Source of the DNA: a bacterium
Lineage (GTDB): Bacteria > Patescibacteriota > Andersenbacteria > UBA10190
Assembly: GCA_002686445.1 (NCBI GenBank)
Contig: NZCO01000017.1
Span: 1 to 40,788 of the forward strand
Length of the DNA stretch: 40,788 bases
Reading direction: 5' to 3'
Shown: positions 8,036 to 14,970 of the stretch, in pieces
Layout of the letters: every line of letters starts with the position of its first letter
Numbering within the stretch: position 1 is the stretch's first letter
Made by a program: the position numbers and the translations under genes
Notes under the pieces: model-generated
Databases searched by the model: none
The model's input: the letters and a program-made list of their open reading frames with translations, nothing else
What the model was told of the DNA's origin: nothing

Positions 8036-9457
8036 ATGGATCGAGCGAGTGACGACGCTACCGCATTAGTAATTTTTGGTGGCACCGGCGACCTGGCAGA
8101 AAAAAAGCTGCTGCCAGCGCTGTTTCACTTACACAAAAATAAGTACCTACCGGAGCAATTTCGTATCCTCGGCGTATCGCACGACGATCACACCATAGAC
8201 TCCTACCGCAAGTTCGTGGCTGATTCGATCAGCGAACGGATGCACAGTCATACCCCCGAGGAGCTAGCGGCATTCGTTGCGATCGTGGACTATGTAGAAG
8301 GCTCGTTTGAAAACGATGCGCTGTATAGTTCTTTGGCCGAACACCTCGAGACACTCGATGACTCGAAGTTCGACACCTGCGCCAATAAGCTTTTCTATTT
8401 GGCAGTGCCACCGAACCGCTACGAACTTATTTTCGAACGACTGGCGGCCTCCGGCTTAACCATTCCCTGCGGTGGTGAGGAGGGATGGACTCGCGTGCTG
8501 GTCGAGAAACCATTTGGTCGGGACCTTATGACCGCTCAGACACTCGACAAACAGTTAGGAAAATTGTTCCAGGAGGAGCAAATTTTTCGAATTGATCATT
8601 ACTTAGCAAAAGAGACTGTCCAAAACATCATCACGTTCCGCTTTGCCAACGCGCTGTTTGAGCCCGTCTGGAATGCGAAAAACATCGAGCATGTGCACAT
8701 TCTGGTATCCGAAGACGGTGGCGTAGGTGAACGAGGATCATTTTATGAAGATCTCGGCGCTCTGCGCGACGTTGGACAAAATCACTTACTACAAATGCTC
8801 GCACTGGTGGCTATGGAGGACCCGGGCAAGCTTGATCCGGGATTGCTGCGATCCGCTCGCGCGACAGTGCTCGAAGATTTAAAACCCACCACTAAACACG
8901 ATATCAAGCAACACGTAGTACGTGGTCAATATGATGGCTATCGTGATATAGATGATGTCGCCGACGCTTCAGGCATTGAGACATTTTTCCGCATCACTGC
9001 GTTTATAGATAACAAACGTTGGGGCGGTGTCCCGTTTATTCTCGAGAGTGGAAAAAAACTCTCCGAACGGAAAGCTGAAATCACCATCACCTTCAAAGAA
9101 CCGATCTCGTGTGTCTGCCCTCTCGAAGATGACCACGAGCATCGCAATGTGCTACGCATTCAGGTTCAGCCCGACGAATCTATCTCGCTTTTGTTCTGGG
9201 CCAAGAAACCCGGTCTAACGTACGAACTAGAGCCGCGCGAGTTATCATTCTCGTACCAAGACAGCGAGGCTGACACCGCGCTACCTGATGCATATGAGAA
9301 GGTACTGTACGACTGTATCCGTGGTGATCACACACTCTTTGCCTCAACCGAAGAAGTAGCCGCATCTTGGCGCTTTATTACGCCAATTTTGGACCATTGG
9401 GGAAAAACCAAATTACTGCCCTACCGCCCAGGCACAGTCGCCGCAGACATCAAGTAA
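8036..9457 (+). CDS. zwf: glucose-6-phosphate dehydrogenase
   Basis: Motifs GGTGDLAEKKLLPAL, EKPFGRD and RIDHYLAKE (signature). Start moved to ATG 8036 (MDRASDD...) from ORF-track GTG 7997. Confidence 0.92.
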   Translation: MDRASDDATALVIFGGTGDLAEKKLLPALFHLHKNKYLPEQFRILGVSHDDHTIDSYRKFVADSISERMHSHTPEELAAFVAIVDYVEGSFENDALYSSLAEHLETLDDSKFDTCANKLFYLAVPPNRYELIFERLAASGLTIPCGGEEGWTRVLVEKPFGRDLMTAQTLDKQLGKLFQEEQIFRIDHYLAKETVQNIITFRFANALFEPVWNAKNIEHVHILVSEDGGVGERGSFYEDLGALRDVGQNHLLQMLALVAMEDPGKLDPGLLRSARATVLEDLKPTTKHDIKQHVVRGQYDGYRDIDDVADASGIETFFRITAFIDNKRWGGVPFILESGKKLSERKAEITITFKEPISCVCPLEDDHEHRNVLRIQVQPDESISLLFWAKKPGLTYELEPRELSFSYQDSEADTALPDAYEKVLYDCIRGDHTLFASTEEVAASWRFITPILDHWGKTKLLPYRPGTVAADIK

Positions 9458-9459
9458 CA

Positions 9460-9488
9460 TTGACAATAGTTATTTTTTGGCCATAATA
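9460..9488 (+). promoter_or_regulatory. sigma-70-type promoter (TTGACA, 16-17 nt spacer, CATAAT/ATAATA)
   Basis: TTGACA at 9460..9465 and -10 at 9482..9488. GGAGG SD at 9523..9527 lies upstream of ATG 9537. Confidence 0.6.
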
Positions 9489-9536
9489 GGGGCAGTTTTT
9501 AGCACTTTTCACATTCAATAACGGAGGTAAGCCGAC

Positions 9537-10373
9537 ATGGACGTATCTACAATACGCCAGCTGCACAGTTTACCCGCGCTCGTCGCCAGTGTCCTCCGCT
9601 TCGCGCAAGAGCGGTACCTACAAGGCGTACAGTTGTGGTCGCCCGTACTCGGGGAACCAGTCATGTCGCAAGACATGATTTATAAGGCGTCGACCGGCCA
9701 GTTCGTTATCAGGAGAAACCACTTTCCTGATGATATGGACATCAAGTACGTGGTGCTGTCTAGGAGAGCCCAAGAAGGAGACGGTCGCTTATCGATCGAA
9801 CTCACTAAGCTCGATTTCAATCTGCTTGCCAGCACATTAGCTGGCGCGCCGGTTTCCTATGAGGGTCTCACTCTGGTGGGCCGAGAGCTGCGCTACCAAG
9901 GCACACCAATACTGAAAACTCGGACCCAGTCGCACTTTGCGCAAGCTGATGTCTGGCCACGAACGTTGATATGGACCGTGCAACCGCTTAGTTCTATGGA
10001 CATTGCGCCCATAGCCCAAGTGCTCGATCTCATCTATGGCTTCAACTGCTTTGATGAACACGCTCGACCGCGGCTAGCGGACCTCGAGATGCGCCGCCAG
10101 CTTGCTAGCATGTCGAGTGCACCGCCTGCGGCGGCGGGAATTGAGCAACGGCAAGTGCAGCAGCAAGTAATGTCAATGCAACTTAAGATGGCACTGGAAC
10201 AACTTGCGGTTCAAGAGCAACGGCCGGTGATGATAATGCGGCAGCGAATGGAGGTTCGTATTCTGGCGCGGCGCGTGCAGCATAGCCAAGTTCTACGGAT
10301 GTCGCAGGCTGAGCTCGCCGCATATGTGCGGCGCGTGGCCACTTCAAACCCAGTCGTAGCAGTACAGCCATAA
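9537..10373 (+). CDS. hypothetical protein with Gln-rich C-terminal tail
   Basis: Has its own promoter, a strong SD and an intrinsic terminator. I recognised no family motif in residues 1-190. The C-terminal ~80 aa are Q/L/M/R-rich. Confidence 0.75.
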   Translation: MDVSTIRQLHSLPALVASVLRFAQERYLQGVQLWSPVLGEPVMSQDMIYKASTGQFVIRRNHFPDDMDIKYVVLSRRAQEGDGRLSIELTKLDFNLLASTLAGAPVSYEGLTLVGRELRYQGTPILKTRTQSHFAQADVWPRTLIWTVQPLSSMDIAPIAQVLDLIYGFNCFDEHARPRLADLEMRRQLASMSSAPPAAAGIEQRQVQQQVMSMQLKMALEQLAVQEQRPVMIMRQRMEVRILARRVQHSQVLRMSQAELAAYVRRVATSNPVVAVQP

Positions 10374-10379
10374 CGACAA

Positions 10380-10408
10380 CCACTGACACGGATATCAGTG
10401 GTTTTTTT
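10380..10408 (+). terminator. rho-independent terminator
   Basis: CCACTGA / TCAGTGG stem followed by T7, 7 nt after the stop codon. Confidence 0.8.
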
Positions 10409-10634
10409 CTTTAGAACGTGTTGGATATTCTCTATGGGCCAACACCTCTCCTTCACCTCTCCCCTCCCGCGGGAGAAATGGACGAGTTTGCTTAACCAGA
10501 AGTAGCCGGAATTACTAGGAGAAGTATGTCGCGGATCGGTCGGGCATGGTTCCTGCCGCAGTAGGAGAGACCGATCGAGACTAAGCGCGCTCACCACGCT
10601 GGGGTGAGCGACGCGTCTTCGAGCAGCAATCCGG

Positions 10635-11534
10635 CTACTTCTTCTTCACCTTATGACCGCCAAATTCATTCCGCAGTGCCGCAATCAACTTGGCAGAAAA
10701 TGTATCAGGTAAACGAGATTCGAAACGCGCATACAGTGCCGCCGTGTTTACCGAGAACGGCACGGCATTATCAACTGCTTCCTTCACAGACCATCGTCCC
10801 TCGCCGTTGTCATCCACATAGCCAGCGATGTCAGCCAGGTCGCTATCATTCGCTAATGCCTTATGAGCTAGCTCAATTAAGAAAGAGCGAATGATAGTCC
10901 CCTTGCTCCACAACCTCGCAATTTTTTCCAAGTCTAAGTCGTCGTAGGACCCGTTCTTCAGTAGGTCAAAACCTTCACCAATGGATTGCATCATCCCGTA
11001 TTCAACTGCATTGTGAATCATCTTCACGTAGTGACCGGCGCCAACCGGGCCCACGTGCGCGAAGGCATCATCCGCCGCCAGGTCATCGAGCAAAGCTTGT
11101 ACCGAAGCGAGGTGTTTTGCATCAGCTCCAACCATTAAGGCGTAGCCAATTTCCTCTCCCGCAACTCCACCGCTGACTCCAACATCAATAAAGTGAATAT
11201 CACGCTTGCCTAACCGCTGCGCGTTTTGTACTGAGTGCCGGAACTGCGAATTACCACCGTCGATAACCGTATCGCCCGGATCGAGCTGCTTCGCCAGCTC
11301 TTGTATCGTTTCGGAGACAGCATCTCCAGCCGGTACCATCAACCAAATAACCCGTGGTGCGGTCAACGATTGTACCAACTCCGCCACCGAGTCCGCTACA
11401 GTACCTCCCGCATCGGTAATGACGGCTCCAGCATCTGGGCCTGGATCGTGCGCCACGACCTCGTGGTTGGCCTTTTGCCAACGTCGCAGAATGCCGCCGC
11501 CCATCTTGCCTACGCCAATGAGTCCTACTTGCAT
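10635..11534 (-). CDS. gnd: 6-phosphogluconate dehydrogenase, short (~300 aa) decarboxylating type
   Basis: GLIGVGKMGGG NAD(P) motif and a 6PGDH C-terminal-like helical domain (IHNAVEYGMMQSIGEGF). Confidence 0.85.
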   Translation of the reverse strand: MQVGLIGVGKMGGGILRRWQKANHEVVAHDPGPDAGAVITDAGGTVADSVAELVQSLTAPRVIWLMVPAGDAVSETIQELAKQLDPGDTVIDGGNSQFRHSVQNAQRLGKRDIHFIDVGVSGGVAGEEIGYALMVGADAKHLASVQALLDDLAADDAFAHVGPVGAGHYVKMIHNAVEYGMMQSIGEGFDLLKNGSYDDLDLEKIARLWSKGTIIRSFLIELAHKALANDSDLADIAGYVDDNGEGRWSVKEAVDNAVPFSVNTAALYARFESRLPDTFSAKLIAALRNEFGGHKVKKK

Positions 11535-11569
11535 GCCATTTACGATACCGCACCTGGTATAACGGCGCT

Positions 11570-11698
11570 ATACCGGGTAGTAGAAAATCGATGCGTAGTA
11601 ACCGCAACTACTGTCGAAAGTATATTTTCACTAGTAACGCGTACAATTGTCCAAAGCTAATGCAGGCCTGCTCGGTCCTGCCGAGCAGATCGATTTTT
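11570..11698 (+). ncRNA. candidate ~130-nt sRNA or cis-acting leader (promoter-to-terminator unit)
   Basis: Extended -10 TGGTATAAC at 11555..11563. A closing 10-bp pairing joins GAAAATCGAT (11583..11592) to ATCGATTTTT (11689..11698). Hairpin CTGCTCGG/CCGAGCAG (11668..11688) is followed by a T-run. Boundaries are inferred. Confidence 0.3.
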
Positions 11699-11705
11699 CA
11701 CTACC

Positions 11706-11714
11706 TGGTATACT
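11706..11714 (+). promoter_or_regulatory. extended -10 (TGGTATACT) for a leaderless small-ORF mRNA
   Basis: Lies 6 nt upstream of ATG 11721. Confidence 0.45.
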
Positions 11715-11720
11715 TAGTAC

Positions 11721-11834
11721 ATGCTTACGCTGTTTGACCACCTTAGCTTATGGGGAGCACTCTTTGGATTCGGTTTTGTATTTGGCTTTATGCTCACCTA
11801 CATCATCGTAGTAGCCGGGAAAAAGCGAGTATGA
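11721..11834 (+). CDS. 37-aa single-TM small protein
   Basis: Translates to MLTLFDHLSLWGALFGFGFVFGFMLTYIIVVAGKKRV. Below the ORF-track length cutoff. Its stop overlaps the next ATG (ATGA at 11831..11834). Confidence 0.4.
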   Translation: MLTLFDHLSLWGALFGFGFVFGFMLTYIIVVAGKKRV

Positions 11835-12052
11835 TCGATCTCGAAGTACTTGCTCGTGTCCTACAAGCATTAAGCTTTGTCGTGCTGTACGTCATCGTGG
11901 GCTTCGGCCCCGGTTTCGTCGTCGGGCTACTAGTGGCCAACTCTATATTCGGGCGCGGCCGACCAATTTACATGGACCTACACAAGCAAGCGATCAAAGA
12001 CGCCGCCCAGCACAACGCACAGTGGCATCCATCCAACGAACGGTGGAGGTAA
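11831..12052 (+). CDS. 73-aa small membrane protein
   Basis: Translates to MIDLEVLARVLQALSFVVLYVIVGFGPGFVVGLLVAN..., translationally coupled to the 37-aa ORF. Same frame as ORF-track 11750..12052. Confidence 0.5.
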   Translation: MIDLEVLARVLQALSFVVLYVIVGFGPGFVVGLLVANSIFGRGRPIYMDLHKQAIKDAAQHNAQWHPSNERWR

Positions 12053-12056
12053 AGAC

Positions 12057-12088
12057 CATGAGAGGGAAAAGGGATTTTCCCTCTCATG
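12057..12088. terminator. 14-bp perfect hairpin with a GGGA tetraloop (bidirectional terminator candidate)
   Basis: CATGAGAGGGAAAA-GGGA-TTTTCCCTCTCATG lies between convergent genes. Confidence 0.6.
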
Positions 12089-12099
12089 ACGTTCGCTGC

Positions 12100-12125
12100 G
12101 CCTGCCGGCAGGCAGGCTGATTTTT
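12100..12125 (+). terminator. rho-independent terminator
   Basis: GCCTGCC-GGCA-GGCAGGC followed by TGATTTTT. Confidence 0.65.
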
Positions 12126-12159
12126 CCCGTGACTATTTAATCACCCACCGACGCCCCTC

Positions 12160-13578
12160 CTACGCTGAGGAAGGAGGTGGAATTTGAATCGTCTCCCCCT
12201 CATCTGGCCGTTGGACAACCCAGTCTTTATGAGCCGCCGCGAGCTCGTTTTTGAATACATCAGCCTGGCTTGGTTCGCCATGCACCAGTAGCACCTGCTT
12301 GATTCCCTTGAAGCGACTTAAATACGAGCTCATCTGTGCGTGATCAGAATGAGCGGAGAATTCGTTAAAGACCTGGACATCCGCCCGTACATTAAACCAG
12401 TCACCATAGAGCTCCACGCGATGCGCCCCTTGCAACAACCGACGCCCTAATGTTCCCGAAGCCTGATAGCCAGTGATAAAAATCGCATTTTTTTTGTCCG
12501 ATATACAGTGACGCAGGTGATGTACCACTCGTCCGGCGGTCATCATGCCCGACGCTGAGATTACTATGTACGGCCCCGGCATATTGTTCAGAGCCTTAGA
12601 TTCATCAACCGACTGCGTGTATTTTAAATTGCGAAATGCCAGCGGCAAATCGTCCTTTCGGAAGTCGGTGATCGACTCTTCATCATAGACATCCCTATGA
12701 TCACGAAAAACTTCCGTCAGGTTCGTAGCCAGCGGTGAATCAACAAATACCGGCAGACGAGGAATTTTTCCCTCATCAGTGAGTCTATGCAACACGTAGA
12801 CGATGACTTGTGTCCGACCTAAGGAAAACGCCGGAATTATTATCTTGCCCTTCCGGTCGTACACTTCGTTGATCGAATCAGCTAGACGCACATACATTTC
12901 GTCCAACGTCTTATGTTCCTTGCCACCGTACGTGCTTTCCGCAATGACGGTGTCGATTTCTTCCTCCGGTACCTGCGGATCATAGAAGAGCGGCGTCCCG
13001 GGAGCACCAACGTCTCCGGTGTAGGCAATGCGTTTTGGCCCATCATCCGTGTCGATTTCAAGCACCGTCACCGCCGATCCTAAAATATGTCCAGCGTCGT
13101 AAAACTTTAGCTGCACTCCAGGCGCTATCGATCGCCACCCTTCACCCTCCCGCGCATACGGAACAGGCACAAAGCGGTCCATGGTGCGCGGTATGTCCTT
13201 GGTCGTAAATAGCGGCTCACGCGAATCCGGTGAGCCGGTTTTATGCCGTGTACGGAAGTCGGCGTCTTGCTCTTGAATCCTAGCCATGTCGTTTAACATG
13301 TAATTGGCCACGTCTCTTGTGGCGGCAGTGGCAAAAATAGAGCCAGAGAAGCCCCGCTTCACTAAGAGCGGTAACATCCCGCAGTGATCAATATGCGCGT
13401 GCGACAATACCACGTGATCGATTTCCTCTGGCGCAAATGGCAGGCTACGATTTCGTGAGTAGACGTCTGCCTGACCTTGAAACGTGCCGCAATCCAGCAG
13501 AATCTGCTGCTGACCAGTATCAATGAGGTGCTTACTACCCGTTACACCCCCTGCTCCGCCATAGAAGGTGACATGCAT
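12160..13578 (-). CDS. MBL-fold beta-CASP family ribonuclease (CPSF73/RNase J-related)
   Basis: HAHIDHCG motif 2, beta-CASP-like middle region and C-terminal HGEP motif. 472 aa. Confidence 0.8.
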   Translation of the reverse strand: MHVTFYGGAGGVTGSKHLIDTGQQQILLDCGTFQGQADVYSRNRSLPFAPEEIDHVVLSHAHIDHCGMLPLLVKRGFSGSIFATAATRDVANYMLNDMARIQEQDADFRTRHKTGSPDSREPLFTTKDIPRTMDRFVPVPYAREGEGWRSIAPGVQLKFYDAGHILGSAVTVLEIDTDDGPKRIAYTGDVGAPGTPLFYDPQVPEEEIDTVIAESTYGGKEHKTLDEMYVRLADSINEVYDRKGKIIIPAFSLGRTQVIVYVLHRLTDEGKIPRLPVFVDSPLATNLTEVFRDHRDVYDEESITDFRKDDLPLAFRNLKYTQSVDESKALNNMPGPYIVISASGMMTAGRVVHHLRHCISDKKNAIFITGYQASGTLGRRLLQGAHRVELYGDWFNVRADVQVFNEFSAHSDHAQMSSYLSRFKGIKQVLLVHGEPSQADVFKNELAAAHKDWVVQRPDEGETIQIPPPSSA

Positions 13579-13584
13579 CTACCC

Positions 13585-13593
13585 ACTGTACCA
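13585..13593 (-). promoter_or_regulatory. extended -10 (TGGTACAGT on minus strand) for a leaderless mRNA
   Basis: Lies 6 nt upstream of ATG 13578. Confidence 0.5.
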
Positions 13594-13606
13594 TCTCGCT
13601 GATACC

Positions 13607-13629
13607 AAAACGACCCGGTTCCCGGGTCG
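13607..13629 (-). terminator. rho-independent terminator
   Basis: On the minus strand, CGACCCGG-GAA-CCGGGTCG is followed by TTTT. It lies 19 nt after the cupredoxin stop. Confidence 0.7.
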
Positions 13630-13647
13630 CACGTCGCATAAATAGCT

Positions 13648-14178
13648 CTACTCAACGACGATCGTACAACCGTTGCTTGCCGCTAAGTGGTCGTGACACT
13701 TCCAAGTGCCAACTTTCGTAAATGTGTGTGAGTACTCTTCTCCGGTCTCAAGCCCCCGCTTACTGTCAAAGCCAGGCAGCACAGTATGAGTAGGATGAAC
13801 GTCTGAAGCAGGCCAATGCTTACCCTGACCATCGTTGGTGAACTTCACCGTATCGCCGACAGCGATGGTGATAATGCCTGGCGTAAAGCCGGTCTCATCA
13901 ACCGCTACGTCCACCGTGTTGCCAGTTGCCGGTGCTGTTTCAGTAGTAGCTTCTTCTTCTGTAGCCGCTACCTCATCACTATCTTGCGGCACATCTGTCG
14001 GTGCCAGCTGAATGAACTGTCCTCCGTTCCCACCACTAGTCGTATCAGTTAGTTGTTGGTTTGGATCAGGCGTCGTTAATGGCGCGGTTTCTTCTTCTGA
14101 ATTATCTCCCACTACCACCCAGGCAATAACCAGGATAACGACGATGATGACGATAGTTCCGACCAATCCAAACTTCAT
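13648..14178 (-). CDS. membrane-anchored cupredoxin-like domain protein
   Basis: N-terminal TM, a low-complexity acidic/Thr linker, then TVKFTNDGQGKHWP...HPTH...GTWKCHDH, a plastocyanin/amicyanin-like pattern. Start set at ATG 14178 (MKFGLVG) rather than TTG 14199. Confidence 0.65.
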   Translation of the reverse strand: MKFGLVGTIVIIVVILVIAWVVVGDNSEEETAPLTTPDPNQQLTDTTSGGNGGQFIQLAPTDVPQDSDEVAATEEEATTETAPATGNTVDVAVDETGFTPGIITIAVGDTVKFTNDGQGKHWPASDVHPTHTVLPGFDSKRGLETGEEYSHTFTKVGTWKCHDHLAASNGCTIVVE

Positions 14179-14182
14179 ACGT

Positions 14183-14938
14183 TTAGAGTAGCTGATCAAT
14201 AGTTGCTTTCACAGAGGCGTATGGTTGTGCCCCGTTAATCGGCAATTTCTCGCCATTAGGGCCAATTACGACCGAGTAAGGCGTACCGCGGCCACCTGCA
14301 GCCTGCGCATCGGCTATATCAGCAGCCACCTTGTCTGCATACTTGCCTGACTCAACACATGATGTAAATTGCGCGATATTCGTCACCCCAGCTTGCTGCG
14401 CGTAGGTCGGTAATAGGCTCAAATCTAAGCCATCGTTAGAGGTCGTTTCTTCATACACAATGTCAGTGAACTCCCAGAACCGGCCCTGTTCGCTAGCACA
14501 TTCGGAAGCTTCAGCCTCGGCGTTTGCCTGACGGTGAAGCTGCTCCAGCGGGAAGTGTCGATACACCCACTGCACGTCATTCGGGTATTCCGTTATCAAT
14601 TGCTGCATCGTTGGGTGGAAGCGCTTACAAAACGGACATTCATAGTCTGAGTACTCAATAACGGTTATTTTGGCATTCGCAGCACCGCGCACATGATCGT
14701 CGCTTGAGACAGGACGAATATCCCCAATAGAGGGAGCAGTCGGAGCTGCCGCAGGGGCCTGCTCACCTTCAAGGGCCACAGCCGTAGTCGGCGCTGAGCC
14801 AGTGCCATTACCAAAGTAAACGGCTAGGGCAATAAGTGCGCCGGCAATCACAATTGCCAATGGCACGCCCATTTGGTTTTGATTCGAGCTGCCCACGCCA
14901 GAGGGTGTCGAAGTTGTAGTTGTAGTTGGTTCAGTCAT
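14183..14938 (-). CDS. membrane-anchored DsbA-family thiol:disulfide oxidoreductase
   Basis: N-terminal TM, YECPFC active site and FWEFTDIVY helical insert. 251 aa. Confidence 0.85.
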   Translation of the reverse strand: MTEPTTTTTSTPSGVGSSNQNQMGVPLAIVIAGALIALAVYFGNGTGSAPTTAVALEGEQAPAAAPTAPSIGDIRPVSSDDHVRGAANAKITVIEYSDYECPFCKRFHPTMQQLITEYPNDVQWVYRHFPLEQLHRQANAEAEASECASEQGRFWEFTDIVYEETTSNDGLDLSLLPTYAQQAGVTNIAQFTSCVESGKYADKVAADIADAQAAGGRGTPYSVVIGPNGEKLPINGAQPYASVKATIDQLL

Positions 14939-14960
14939 CGGTTAAGTATTTACTTAATCA
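14939..14960 (-). promoter_or_regulatory. TTAAG-N6-CTTAA palindromic operator candidate overlapping the dsbA promoter
   Basis: Minus strand reads TGATTAAG-TAAATA-CTTAACCG immediately before ATG 14938. TTGACC -35 candidate at 14969..14974. Confidence 0.5.
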
Positions 14961-14970
14961 TCAATCCAGG

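Noticed and set aside
10211-10597. 128-aa minus-strand ORF spanning the convergent spacer and the 3' end of the 9537..10373 gene.
   Set aside because: It runs antisense through the plus-strand terminator and overlaps the well-supported plus-strand gene. It has no SD and an Arg/Cys/Ser-rich composition.
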